Positions 36,559-48,000 are shown, counted from the stretch's first letter. The stretch: 64,000 nt of DNA from Candidatus Sumerlaeia bacterium (GCA_033764015.1 JANRJK010000053.1:44491-108490); one strand, 5' to 3'. A program made the numbers and translations. Notes: a model not told the origin generated them from the sequence alone.

Positions 36559-37776
36559 CTAGTTCTCCGGCGGCAGGCCGAGCGCCTCGCGGACGCGGGG
36601 CTCGCGGTAGAAGGGCACGATGACGGACTGGTCGCCCGGCGCGCGGCCCTGCTGGTCGACCTTGTCGCGCCAGGGCGAGTGGATCATCGCGTTGACGTTG
36701 CCGCTCGGGGGCGTGCGCTTGCGGTAGACGAGGATGCTGCCGAAGGGGTCCTCCGGCGGCATGGGGCCCTCGAGGTAGGGACCGTTCCAGCCGTCGAGGC
36801 CGGCGCGGTTCTCCTTCATCAGGTTCCACGCCTCGTCGTCCCCGGGCACATGGCCCGTGTCGGCGGCGAAGCGCATGAAGGCCTGCGAGACCTCCTCCAT
36901 CTTCTCGAGGTACTTGTTCTCGGCGATGGTGCGGTTGGCCTCCTCCATAGTCTGCGTCCAGGCGGCGTTGTCGGCGGCGATCTGCTGGACGAGCGGCGCG
37001 GCGAAGCCGCCGCCGAGGGACGCGCCGCCGAGCGCCGCCGTCGCCTCCTGCGCCCAGGCGTCCCACGCCTCCCGCGACACCGACGGGTCGATGTTGATCG
37101 CCTCGAGCAGCTGGCCGTTGAGCTTCACCAGCACCGCCTGGTTGGCGCCGAGCGTCGTCGAGACCGGCGCCTTGGCGGAGGACACCTCGACGGAGCCCTC
37201 GTCCACGGTGACCAGGCTGCCCTGCCCCTCGATGATGTCGACGCGGAAGCGAGTGCCCTTCACGCCTGCGGTCAGGTCCGGCGTGACGACCTTGAAATCG
37301 CCCGGCACCGCGCGCGGCGCGACTTCGCTCCAGAGCGAACCGGCCACCAGGCGGAGCTGCACCTGCTCTGAATCGCCGGACAGCTCGACCAGCTCGACCT
37401 CGCTGCGCTCCGGGATGCGGATCGTGTCGGCCTTCTCGCGGAGCGCCATCTGCGCGCGGGAGTTGACCGTGCGCACGCGGGAGCCCGCGCGGAGCATCGC
37501 CGCGGCGGTTTCGAGCGTGGGCGCTTCGGCGCCTACGGAGTACAGCTCGACCGGTTCCGTGGCGGGGATGATGTCGAAGAGCGCGGCGTCGAAATCCGCC
37601 GGGATGTCGGGGCGCGCGGCGGGGGGCCTGGGCGCCTCGCCGAGCGCGGGCACCGCGGCGGGCGTGGCCGCGGGCGCCTCGCCGAGCTTCGGCACGGCGG
37701 ACTGCTGCGCGTGCGCGGCGGCGGCGAGCGCGGCGGCGGCGAGGATCGGGAGGAAGGTGCGGGCGGTTCGCTTCAT
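36559..37776 (-). CDS. Secreted FecR-domain protein with C-terminal GspG/T2SSG-like domain
   Basis: Signal peptide AHA-Q; FecR (GSRVRT...LVAGSLW...VVTPDLTAGVKGTRFRV); C-terminal FAADTGHVP...WNGPYL...PEDPFG..LVY. Confidence 0.8.
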   Translation of the reverse strand: MKRTARTFLPILAAAALAAAAHAQQSAVPKLGEAPAATPAAVPALGEAPRPPAARPDIPADFDAALFDIIPATEPVELYSVGAEAPTLETAAAMLRAGSRVRTVNSRAQMALREKADTIRIPERSEVELVELSGDSEQVQLRLVAGSLWSEVAPRAVPGDFKVVTPDLTAGVKGTRFRVDIIEGQGSLVTVDEGSVEVSSAKAPVSTTLGANQAVLVKLNGQLLEAINIDPSVSREAWDAWAQEATAALGGASLGGGFAAPLVQQIAADNAAWTQTMEEANRTIAENKYLEKMEEVSQAFMRFAADTGHVPGDDEAWNLMKENRAGLDGWNGPYLEGPMPPEDPFGSILVYRKRTPPSGNVNAMIHSPWRDKVDQQGRAPGDQSVIVPFYREPRVREALGLPPEN

Positions 37777-38167
37777 GGCGGCGTCTCGATTCAGACTAAG
37801 CAAGGGGCCGCCGGGCTTGGCCGTCAAGGCGGGGGTGGGAAACCGGACCGTCCATGGAAGGAGGCGCCGGGGGCCCGCCGCCGCGGTCGACCGCGCCAAC
37901 ACGCGCTATGGGAAGGGGCTCAAGAAGCTCGCCGGATAGCGCGTGCCGCCCGAGATCCTCACGGTCGCGATTCAACCGAACGCCTGCCCCCGAAGCGAAG
38001 CCGCGCCTCTGCAGGGCTTCGCGCCCTGCGGCGTCCGGGCGTAGTCCCACCTGCGCACCGCTTCGTGTCGGGGCCCTCCACGAGGGGGTTCTGCGTAGGC
38101 GCGGTTTCGGGGGGGCGGTGTTGGGCCCGCCGAACAGGGGGCGGCGCCAAGGCCTCGGGAATCTCCC

Positions 38168-38196
38168 TTGCGACCGCGGAAGGGGGGTGCTAAAAA
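38168..38196 (+). promoter_or_regulatory. Putative sigma70 promoter
   Basis: TTGCGA-17 nt-TAAAAA with TG extension, upstream of ATG 38224. Confidence 0.55.
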
Positions 38197-38223
38197 AACA
38201 GCATCCCGCTTCGGAGCATCGCC

Positions 38224-39075
38224 ATGTCCCCGCTTTCGCGTCGCCGCTTCCTTCTCGCAACCGCCGCGACGGGAGCGGGCCTTGCCCTTGCGGAACTTCC
38301 CCGGGGGGCGGCGGCGGGTCAGGAAACGCCGCCCGCCGCCCTGCTCCCGGAGGACTTCCCCCGGCAGGACGCGGATGCCGTGCGCGAAACCGTGGGCGCC
38401 TCCCACTCGAATCTCGACCGGGTGAAGGAACTCGTCACGGCCCGGCCGGCCCTTGCGAAGTGCGCCTGGGACTGGGGATTCGGCGATTGGGAGACGCCCC
38501 TCGGGGCGGCCTCCCATACCGGGCGGCGCCAGATCGCGGAGTTCCTGATGTCCCAAGGCGCCCGGCCCGACCTGTTCACCTTCGCGATGCTCGGGAACCG
38601 GGCGGTGATCGAGGCCGCCGTGAGGGCCAGCCCGGGCATTCAGGGCGTCCGCGGCCCGCACGGGATCACGCTGCTCCAGCACGCGAAGAACCGGCTTTCG
38701 GCGGAGGATCTGGATCCCTCCGAGTCCGACGGGCTGAATGGCGTGGTGGAGTACTTGAACGCCGTCGGCGGCGCGGACGCGGCGGAGACGGACCTCGAAA
38801 TGGACAAGGCGCAGAAGCTCGTGTTCGTCGGCTCCTATGGAATCGGCGCCCCCGGCGCCGCCGACACCATCGAGGTGGCGCTGAACAAGCGGGAGATCCT
38901 CACCATCAGCCGCGGCAAGCGGTCGGAGCGGAACCTTCGCCATGTGGAGCCGAATACCTTCGCCCCCGTGGGCGCTCCGGACGTGCGGATCCGCTTCGAG
39001 GTGGCGGGCGGAAAGGCCGTGTCCTTGACTATCCACGATCCGATGCCCGTCGCGACGGCGTTCGCGTCGCCTTGA
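38224..39075 (+). CDS. Tat-exported ankyrin-like protein
   Basis: SRRRFLL twin-arginine signal; WDWGFGDWETPLGAASHTG...FLMSQGA and GPHGITLLQHA. Confidence 0.82.
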   Translation: MSPLSRRRFLLATAATGAGLALAELPRGAAAGQETPPAALLPEDFPRQDADAVRETVGASHSNLDRVKELVTARPALAKCAWDWGFGDWETPLGAASHTGRRQIAEFLMSQGARPDLFTFAMLGNRAVIEAAVRASPGIQGVRGPHGITLLQHAKNRLSAEDLDPSESDGLNGVVEYLNAVGGADAAETDLEMDKAQKLVFVGSYGIGAPGAADTIEVALNKREILTISRGKRSERNLRHVEPNTFAPVGAPDVRIRFEVAGGKAVSLTIHDPMPVATAFASP

Positions 39076-39179
39076 GCCGAGTGAAGGGACGGGCCGCTTC
39101 CACGGTCCGCCGCGCGCCGCGCTTGCCGGGACTGCGGCGGGGCGCCCAATCTTCGCGGCCGAGAGGCGGAAGCAGCCGC

Positions 39180-39218
39180 TTGACGGGCGCCGCCTCGAAC
39201 TGCACACTCCATGTGTGC
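39180..39218 (+). promoter_or_regulatory. Toxin-antitoxin promoter with overlapping inverted-repeat operator
   Basis: TTGACG-17 nt-CACACT; GCACAC-N5-GTGTGC (39202-39218) overlaps the -10. Confidence 0.65.
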
Positions 39219-39252
39219 TGTTGAGTTGCATCCCGCCACGCGGAGCGCCGCC

Positions 39253-39501
39253 ATGAAGCTCACCTTCCTCGACCTCCGGCGCGACCCCGGCAAGCTCCTC
39301 GACGCCGTCGAGCGCGGCGAGGCCGTCACGCTCTCGCGCCGCGGCCGCGACATCGCTAGGGTCGTCCCCGCCGGCTCTCCCGGCAAGGCGCCGAAGGTTG
39401 CCGACCACCCGGCCTTCGGCATGTGGGCGGAGGCCGACACCTCCGAGTCGCCGGCGGCGCTGGTGAGGCGGATGCGGCGTGGGCGCTTCCATGGTCTTTG
39501 A
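39253..39501 (+). CDS. Phd/YefM family antitoxin
   Basis: DLRRDPGKLLDAVERGEAVTLSRRGRDIARVVP...AFGMW; GGAG RBS; overlaps the toxin start. Confidence 0.88.
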   Translation: MKLTFLDLRRDPGKLLDAVERGEAVTLSRRGRDIARVVPAGSPGKAPKVADHPAFGMWAEADTSESPAALVRRMRRGRFHGL

Positions 39502-39871
39502 CACGGACGTCCTCATCTGGTGCCTGCGCGGGAATGCGCGGGCCGGGCAGGCGATCCAGCGCGACCCGTCGCGGGCCCTGTCGATCGTGAGCTACATGGA
39601 ACTGCTGCAGGGCGCGAAGAACCGCCGCGAGCTGGGCCTGATCCGCGCCTTCCTGAAGGACCTCGGGTTCGCGATGCTGCCGCTGACCGAGGCCATCGGC
39701 CACCGCGCCGCCGTGTACATGGAGGAGTACACCCTCAAGGGCGCCCTCTCCATGCCCGACGCGCTCGTCGCCGCCACCGTGGTGGATGCCGGCGAGACGC
39801 TCTGCACGGCCAACACGAAGCACTTCAAGATCGTCGCGGAACTCTCCGTGAAGCCGTTCCGGCCGGAGTAG
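39491..39871 (+). CDS. vapC: VapC PIN-domain toxin
   Basis: MVFDTDVLI, SYMELLQG, MPDALVAATV, TANTKHF. Confidence 0.92.
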   Translation: MVFDTDVLIWCLRGNARAGQAIQRDPSRALSIVSYMELLQGAKNRRELGLIRAFLKDLGFAMLPLTEAIGHRAAVYMEEYTLKGALSMPDALVAATVVDAGETLCTANTKHFKIVAELSVKPFRPE

Positions 39872-39919
39872 GCCACCGCATCGTTGGCCCGCCGGACTAC
39901 GGGATCAGAGAGCGCCCCC

Positions 39920-40390
39920 CTACTCCTCCCGCTTCGCCTCCACATCGACCAGCAGCCGCTGGCCGCCTTTGCCGCGGACTTCCTCCCAGCCGGGGAATTC
40001 GCTGCCGGTGGACCATTCCCAGGTCTTGACGGTGACGGATTCCGTGGCGGCGGAGCGTTTCTTGAAGAAGAGCGCGAAGACGAGCGTCCACAGCAGCAGG
40101 CGGGTGGGCGGGAAGAGCAGCGCGAGGCCGAGCAGGTCGGCCATGGGGCCGGGGAGGATGAGGAAGACGCCGGCGATGGCTTGCGCGGCGCGCTCGCCGA
40201 GGACCGCCGCGGGCGAGGCGCCGGGCTTCGCGGGGCGCAGGCGGCCCTTGAGCGAGTGGATGCCGAGGATGCCGGTGCCGAACACGAGCGCCATCGCCAT
40301 GACGCCGCCGAAGCGCGCGCCGAAGAAGCCCAGCAGCACGAGGTCGGCGACGAAGAGCGCGACCGGGACGAGCGCGGCGAGGCAGCCCAC
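39920..40390 (-). CDS. fxsA: FxsA family membrane protein
   Basis: AGVFLILPGPMADLLGLALLFPPTR signature; C-terminal VDVE. Confidence 0.78.
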   Translation of the reverse strand: MGCLAALVPVALFVADLVLLGFFGARFGGVMAMALVFGTGILGIHSLKGRLRPAKPGASPAAVLGERAAQAIAGVFLILPGPMADLLGLALLFPPTRLLLWTLVFALFFKKRSAATESVTVKTWEWSTGSEFPGWEEVRGKGGQRLLVDVEAKREE

Positions 40391-40399
40391 GGCGCGCCG

Positions 40400-41365
<966 letters not shown>

Positions 41366-41376
41366 CGGGCGGGCTC

Positions 41377-42306
41377 CTAGGATTCTGGGCGCGGGGAGGT
41401 GATGCGATCAACACGCACCGCTTCCGCAGCGTCGCGGAGCGCGGCGGGGGAAGGCAAGCCGCCCGTCCCGGCGAGGAGGCGCGCGCGCGCCGCGGCGCTG
41501 GCGAGGCGGAGCAGCTCCGCCCCCCCGAGCCCGCGCGCGATGCCGGCGCAAAGGCCCCCCGCGAAGGCGTCGCCGGCCCCGGTGGCCTCGCCCTCGACGG
41601 CGGCGGGGCGCGCGCGCCAGACGCTCCCGCCGCGGGCGAGCAGCGCGCCCTCCGCGCCGAGCGTGGCGGCGGCGCCCTCGAGCGCCAGATCGTTGACCAA
41701 GTCAATCAATGCGCGGGGTTCCGCCGGCGCGCCGAGGTCCGCCAGCTCCTCCGCGTTCACCTTCAGCCACCCGGCGCCGCGCGCCGCGAGCCGCAGCGGC
41801 GCGCCGGACGCGTCGAGGACCGTGGCCAGCGCGCCCGCTCCGCGCGCGGCGGCGAGCACTTCCGCCCAGGCGCCGTCGCCGAGGCCCGGCCACACGCCCC
41901 CCGCGCACAGCACCACGGCGCCGGCGGCGCGCCGGCGCACGGCGTCGAGCACCGCGCCGAGCCGCGAGGGGTCGATGGGCGCCGCGGCGCTGTTCACCTT
42001 GAAGCGCCCCGCCGGCGTCGCGAGGTGCGCGTTCGCGCGCCAAGGGGCGCCCGCGTCCACGACGTCGATCTCGACCTCCGGCGCGTGGCGGGCGGCGAGG
42101 CCGCGGTCCGCCGGGTCCGCCGGGAGGAGCGCCGCGGCGCGCTCCCCGAGCGCCGCCGCGATGCGCGCCGCGTTCAGGCCCTTGCCCGCGGCGGTCTCGG
42201 CGAACGCCGAGGCGCGGAGCACCGCGTCCGGGCGCCACTCGGGCACCTCGTACCACAGGTCGCGGCAGGGGTGCAGCGTGACGGCGAGAATCGGCGGGCG
42301 CTCCAT
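41377..42306 (-). CDS. PfkB/1-phosphofructokinase-family carbohydrate kinase
   Basis: VTLHPCRD, AGKGLNAAR, LDASG, KVNAEEL, TLGAEGA, ATGAGDAF. Confidence 0.88.
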   Translation of the reverse strand: MERPPILAVTLHPCRDLWYEVPEWRPDAVLRASAFAETAAGKGLNAARIAAALGERAAALLPADPADRGLAARHAPEVEIDVVDAGAPWRANAHLATPAGRFKVNSAAAPIDPSRLGAVLDAVRRRAAGAVVLCAGGVWPGLGDGAWAEVLAAARGAGALATVLDASGAPLRLAARGAGWLKVNAEELADLGAPAEPRALIDLVNDLALEGAAATLGAEGALLARGGSVWRARPAAVEGEATGAGDAFAGGLCAGIARGLGGAELLRLASAAARARLLAGTGGLPSPAALRDAAEAVRVDRITSPRPES

Positions 42307-42352
42307 GCGCCTCGGATTGCATTCCGGCGCCGCCCGGCGCAACGTCGAGGGC

Positions 42353-43435
42353 ATGAAGGGCGCCGTGATCGACTCGCTGGAATCGCTGGGCTGGAACGCC
42401 TCCCTGGAGGCGGACCGCGCCGCCGCGCGCGCGGCGCAGGCGGCGCTGGCGGGCCTCGAGCCGGCGCGCGTGCTGTCGGTGCACCGCGGCTGGTGCGAGG
42501 TGCACGACGGACGCGCGGCGTTCCTGGCGAAGACGGCGTCGAAGCTCTTCCACGAGGACGGCGGCGGCCCCGGGCTGCCCGCGACGGGGGACTGGGTGCT
42601 GCTGGAGGAGCCGCGCCCGCCGCGCCCCGCGGCGGTGGCGGCGATCCTGCCGCGGCGCACCGCGCTTACGCGCAAGGAGGCGGGCCGGGCGACGCGGGCG
42701 CAGACGCTCGCGGCGAACGCGGACGGCGTGCTGGTGGTGATGGCGCTGGTGGAGGATTTCAACATCGCGCGGCTGGAGCGCTACCTGGCGCTCGTCAAGT
42801 CCTCCGGCGCGCCGGCGTGCGTGGTGCTCAACAAGGCGGACCTGCTCGAACCGGAGGACGTCGCGGCGGCGGTGGCGGAGGTGCGCGCGGTGGCGCTCGG
42901 CGCGCCGGTCGCCACGGTCTCCGCGGAGACGGGCTTCGGCGTCGAGCGCCTCGGGCGGATGCTCGAGGCGCGGAAGACCTACGCGATGATCGGCTCCTCC
43001 GGCGCGGGGAAGTCGTCGCTGGCGAACGCGCTCGCCGGGGGCGAGGTGATGGCGGTGGGCGAGGTGCGCGAGACCGACGGCCGCGGGCGCCACACCACGT
43101 CGCACCGGCAGATGCTGGCGCTCCCCTCCGGCGCGCTGCTGATCGACAACCCGGGGCTGCGCGAGGTGGGCCTCTACGGCGCGAGCGAGGCGCAGCTCGC
43201 GGAGGTCTTCGCGGACCTGCTGGCGCTCGCCGGCGGCTGCAAGTTCCGCGACTGCCGCCACGAGTCGGAACCGGGCTGCGCGGTGCTCGCCGCGATCGAG
43301 GCGGAGACGTTCGACCCGGACCGGCTGGACAGCTACCGGCGGCTGCTGGAGGAGGCGCGGGGCGTCTCCGCGGCGGCGGCGAAGCGGAGCGAGCGCGCGG
43401 GCTCGCTGGCGATGAAGCGGGCGAAGCGGCGCTGA
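42353..43435 (+). CDS. rsgA: Ribosome small subunit-dependent GTPase A
   Basis: TGDWV, ANAD, NKAD, GSSGAGKSSL, GRHTT, DNPG, CKFRDCRHESEPGC. Confidence 0.95.
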   Translation: MKGAVIDSLESLGWNASLEADRAAARAAQAALAGLEPARVLSVHRGWCEVHDGRAAFLAKTASKLFHEDGGGPGLPATGDWVLLEEPRPPRPAAVAAILPRRTALTRKEAGRATRAQTLAANADGVLVVMALVEDFNIARLERYLALVKSSGAPACVVLNKADLLEPEDVAAAVAEVRAVALGAPVATVSAETGFGVERLGRMLEARKTYAMIGSSGAGKSSLANALAGGEVMAVGEVRETDGRGRHTTSHRQMLALPSGALLIDNPGLREVGLYGASEAQLAEVFADLLALAGGCKFRDCRHESEPGCAVLAAIEAETFDPDRLDSYRRLLEEARGVSAAAAKRSERAGSLAMKRAKRR

Positions 43436-43442
43436 GGCGCGG

Positions 43443-43865
43443 CTACGCGGGCTCCGGCGCGTCGAACACCCCGGACACGTCGGGCTTGTTCAACAGGATG
43501 ATCGTCAGGACTCCGACAGCGGTTCCCACGGGGAACGACATGCAGTTCACCGCGGCGACCACGGTGCAGAACATCCGGCGGCGCCGCTCGCGCAGGTAGC
43601 GCCCCGCCAACATCGTTGCGATCCCGAGCGCCCAGGCGACCAGGATGATCGCCGCGGCGACGACGACGAAGAGCCCGCCGACCGCCTTGACCATCGGCTC
43701 GCCCTGGGTGCCGGGCGGCGGACCCTGCATCCGTCCGGTCAGGATACCGATCCCCACCACCAGATGGATCACCGGGAAGCTCCCGCATAGCAGCGTCAGC
43801 GCGCCGAGGATGTAATGCGCCCATCCGAGCAGGTCGAGGTAGCGTGCGTCGTCGCGGGACATCAT
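43443..43865 (-). CDS. Hypothetical membrane protein
   Basis: Hydrophobic helices; LxLLxxxHY start and FPVGTAVGVLTIILL...V...F ending. Confidence 0.75.
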   Translation of the reverse strand: MMSRDDARYLDLLGWAHYILGALTLLCGSFPVIHLVVGIGILTGRMQGPPPGTQGEPMVKAVGGLFVVVAAAIILVAWALGIATMLAGRYLRERRRRMFCTVVAAVNCMSFPVGTAVGVLTIILLNKPDVSGVFDAPEPA

Positions 43866-43926
43866 GCGGCTGTCCTCCAGTCCGATTCCTACCGCCGGGC
43901 GGCGCGGCTATTCACCGCCCGCGCCG

Positions 43927-44877
43927 CTACAACCCCAAGCGGTCGTAGGCCGCCTCGAGCACCGAGGCGGAGTGGGCGAAGGCGCCGCGCTCCTCCGCCG
44001 AGAGGTCGAGCGGGAAGGGGCCCTGCGCGCCCTCGCCGCTCACCATGCAGGGAAGCGACATGCAGAGGTCGCCCTTCCCTTCCACGGCGCCGAGGGCGCG
44101 GGTGACGGTGAAGAGGCCGGGGAGCCGTCCGCGCAGCGCGCGCATCAGCCGCAGCGTCGTTTCCGCGATGGCGAAGGCGGTGTTCCCCTTGCTGGCCATG
44201 ATCGAGTAGGCGATGGAGCGCACCTCGTGGCTGATCGCCGCGACGTCACCGGCGTCGAGCGGGCGCCCGACGCGCTCGGCGAACTCGAAGACGCTGAAGG
44301 GCCCGGCGTGCGCGCGGCTCCAGACCAGCACCTCGGTGTCGCCGTGCTCGCCGATGACGTGCGCGTGGATGTTGGAGGGCGAGAGGCCGAGGCGCCGCGA
44401 GAGCACCTCGCGGAAGCGCGCGGAATCGAGCGTGGTGCCGGTGCCGAAGACGCGCTCCGGGGGGAAGCCGCTGAACTCGAGCGCAAGGCGCGTCATCACG
44501 TCCACCGGGTTGGTGATGACGAGGAGCACCGCGCCGGGGTTGCGGCGGGCGAGCTCGGGGATGATGCGCGAGAAGAGCTCGGCGTTGCGCTTGAGGAGCT
44601 CCATGCGCCCCTCCGTGGGCGCGGCGGGCATCGAGGCGCTCACCACGAGGAGGTCGTGGCCCTCGCACGCTTCGATGGTCTCGGCCTGGTTCAGCGCGAC
44701 CGGGTTGCCCCAGGGCTGGCAGTGGCGGAGGTCGAGCAGGTTGGCGCGGGTGCGCTCGACGTTGTAATCGACAAGGGTGAGTTCGCGCGAGACGCCGGCG
44801 GTGAGCGCGCCGTAGGCGAGCGCCGCCCCCACCTGCCCGACGCCCACAAGCGCGGTGCGCAATCCCCGGTTCTCCAT
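43927..44877 (-). CDS. L-lactate/malate dehydrogenase family protein
   Basis: GVGQVG, TNPVDV, GTGTTLDSARF, GEHGD, KGNT. Confidence 0.9.
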   Translation of the reverse strand: MENRGLRTALVGVGQVGAALAYGALTAGVSRELTLVDYNVERTRANLLDLRHCQPWGNPVALNQAETIEACEGHDLLVVSASMPAAPTEGRMELLKRNAELFSRIIPELARRNPGAVLLVITNPVDVMTRLALEFSGFPPERVFGTGTTLDSARFREVLSRRLGLSPSNIHAHVIGEHGDTEVLVWSRAHAGPFSVFEFAERVGRPLDAGDVAAISHEVRSIAYSIMASKGNTAFAIAETTLRLMRALRGRLPGLFTVTRALGAVEGKGDLCMSLPCMVSGEGAQGPFPLDLSAEERGAFAHSASVLEAAYDRLGL

Positions 44878-44967
44878 GGCGGCGGCTCCGATCCGTTCGA
44901 TGCTGGACGAAGCGTGCGCGCGGCGCGCGGGCGGGGACAACGCGGTTCGGGGGTCCCGCAACGCAGC

Positions 44968-44995
44968 GGCGGCCCCGGATCGCTCCGGGGCCGCC
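44968..44995 (-). terminator. Stem-loop after the large surface protein gene
   Basis: GGCGGCCCCGGA/TCCGGGGCCGCC 12-bp stem; GCGA (GNRA) loop on the minus strand; no strong U tract. Confidence 0.5.
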
Positions 44996-45029
44996 TTGGG
45001 ATGCCGCGGTCGCTCCTGCTGCGGGGCGG

Positions 45030-48000
45030 TTAGTTGCCCATCAGCGTCCAGTCCTCAACCGAGCTCGGCGTGTCGAGCACGTTGAAGTTGTCGATGTAGT
45101 ACGTGATGCCGTCGCCGTCGCCGTCCGAGACGCCCGAGTCGGCGTAGAACGCGACGCGGACGTTGCCGGAGACCGGGAAGGGGATCTTGATCGTCGTCGG
45201 CGTGCCGGGGATCGAGTCCGCGGAGGTCCAGGTGCGCAGGATGTTCGCCGAGGACCAGGTGGAGCCGTCCGGCGAGTAGAGCACCGAGAAGCTGCCGGTG
45301 CTGTTGATGGTGCCGGGGCCCGCGCCGAAGTCATTGCCGGAGGCGAGGTCGAACTCGATGCGGGTGTCGGCGGAGCGGCTGGCGGGGACGGCGATGATCT
45401 GCGAGATCAGCCACTCCCGGCGGGCCTGGACGCCGGGGTTGAAGGGGAAGCTGAAGTGGCGCATGGCGTCGGTGCCGGCGAAGGTGACGCCGCCGCCGTT
45501 CATGCCGCCCTGGTCCCAGGAGGTGATGGTCGTGGAGGAGTTCGGACCGCGGGTGAAGCTGACGCTACCGGTGAGCGCGCCCTCCGCGAGGAGCCAGTCC
45601 ACCGGGGGAACCTCGACCATCGCGTCGAAGCCTTCCTCGAAGGGATAGGGGCCGGGCTCGCCGACCTTGGTGATGAACATCCGGATCGGGCTGTCGGCGG
45701 AGCCGACGCCGTTCGTCGCGCGGACCTGCCAGTAGTACACGGTGTCGACCGCGAGGTTGGTCATGTGCGCGTAGCTGGTGGCGGTGCCCTGGTCGGCGAG
45801 GCTGAGGACGTTGGTCGGCGTGGTCGCGCCGGCGCCGTCGGTGCCGAGGGAGATGTAGTAGTTGGTGACCGCGCCGCCGGAGCCGGCGTTCCAGGTGAAC
45901 GTGGGCTGCAGGCTGGTGCGGGTGCGGTTGTTCGCGGGCGCCGAGAGAACCGGGGCGCCCGGGGCGACCGGCGGGATCTCCTCGATGATGAAGTTGTCGA
46001 TGAACAGGTCGTTGTCGGCGTTCAAGGCGTTCGAGAACGCGTAGAAGCCGAGGCGGACGAGGCCCGTGTAGGCGCTGAGGTCCACGGTCACGAGCTGGCC
46101 CGCGCCGTTCGCGATCGTGTCTGCGCTGGTGAACTGGCGCAGGGTGTTGGCCGCGTTCCAGGTCGTGCCGCCATCGGTCGAGATGACGACGGCGAAGATG
46201 TCGTCGGCGCCGAGCGTGGCCGAACCCGTTCCGTTGAAGACTGTCAGGGAGAGGTCGAACTTGGCGCGGTAGTCGTTCGTCGTGCCGAGGTCGATCTGCG
46301 GCGTGACGAGCCACTCGTTCGCGGTGGTGCCGAAGAGGTTGATGCGGGCGGCGCCGGTGCTGCCGACGTTGCCCATGCCGTCCGCGCCCCAGGAGCTGTT
46401 GTCGGCCGCGGCGAGCGCCGGGCTGAAGGTGGTCGGGGTGCCGAGGTTGCCCTGTCCCTCAAGCCAGAAGGCGGGCAGGTAGCTCGCGAAGTTCTGCGTG
46501 TGCGGGAAGGTGTCGATGACGGGGCTGGCTTCCGTTGTGAAGGACCAGATCGGGGCGCCCGTGGCGGAGCCGTCGGCATCGTAGGGGACGATCTGCCAGT
46601 AGTAGGTGGTGCTGTACGCCATGTTTCCGGGCGGATCGTAGGTGGTGACGAGCCCGAGATCGGAATTGTTGGCGATGTTCGTCGGCGGGGTGACGCCGGC
46701 GCCGTCGGTGCCGAAGTAGAGGCGGTAGCCGGTGGGTGCCGCGCCCAGCGGGTCGGCGGCCCAGGTGAGGTTCGCCGTGCGGAGGACGTTCGTGGCCGCG
46801 TTCGCGGGCGACGGTGTGGTCGCGGGGAACGGATCGGTGGGGAGCAGTTCAACGGTGAAGTCGTCGACGTAGAAGTTCACGTCGCCGGTGCCGGAGGCCT
46901 TGCGCGCGTAGAAGGCGAATTGCACGCGGTCCGAACCGGGGGCGAGGTTGTAGATCTCCGTCTGACCGAGATTCGACACCGGCGTGGTGTTGTCGAACGT
47001 GTCGAGGATGTTGGCCGAGCTCCAGGTAAGGCCGCCGTCGGTGGACATCACCACGTTGACCGTGGCGCCAGTCCCGATCGTCGTGGCGGTGGAACCGCTG
47101 AACGGCGTAAGGCCCGCGCGGAAGCGCATCCGGTAATCGACCGCCGCGTTAAGGTCGAACACGGGCGAGATGATCCACTCCCCGTTGAGGGCGGTGCCGA
47201 ACAGGTTGATGCGCGCGGAGCGGTTCAGAGGCGAGGTCACGTTCAGGAAGTCGTCCGCCTGCCATCCAGCGGCGTCCGCGGTGGTGGGCGCGGTGAGGAA
47301 CGTGGTCGGGGCTCCGATTTGACCGTCCGCCTCGAACCATCCAGTGGGCGGTGTGCCTTGGAAGCTCGAGGTGTACGCGCTGAAGTCGTAGGTGTACGGG
47401 AACGTCGAGATCGCCGGGTCGGCCGCCGTGGTGAAGCTCCAGATGGGGGGCGAGGCGGGCTGGCCGTCCAGGTTGTACGGCGTGATCTGCCAGTAGTAGG
47501 TGGTCGAGTAGGCGAGGTTCGAGGCCGGGTCGTAGGTGGTGACGAGGCCGAGGTCGCTGTTGTTGACGATGTTCGTCGGAGTCGTCACGCCGCCGCCGTC
47601 GGTGCCGAAGGACAGGCGGTAGCCGGTGGGGAAGCCGCCGGTGCCCGGGGCCCAGCCGAGGTTCGTGGTGATGGCGACGCTGGTGGCGGCGTTCGCCGGC
47701 GAAGGTGCCGCGGCGGCATTCGGCGGCCCGGAGGGAACCGCGTAGGTCCAGATGAAGCGGCGGTTCGCGTCGGGGAGGACGGCTGTGGTGTAGGGGAGCG
47801 TGGCGCTGTTCGTGGCGCCGGCGCTGCTGGCGGTCCAGGCCGCGCCGGTGCGGTTCAGGTAGTCCGCGTTCGTGGCGCCCTTGATGCCGACTTCCGTTGT
47901 GTCGGCCGCTCCCGAGTAGGTCGTGGGGCCGTAGTGGAAGTAGATGTTGTTCGAGGTCTCTTCAAGGATGATCTGGAAGTTGGCGGAACCGGTCGTGTTC

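Noticed and set aside
34754..37066. 770-aa minus-strand ORF
   Set aside because: Off-frame read-through of three genes; only 35614-35539 is likely coding, as the UDG N-terminus.
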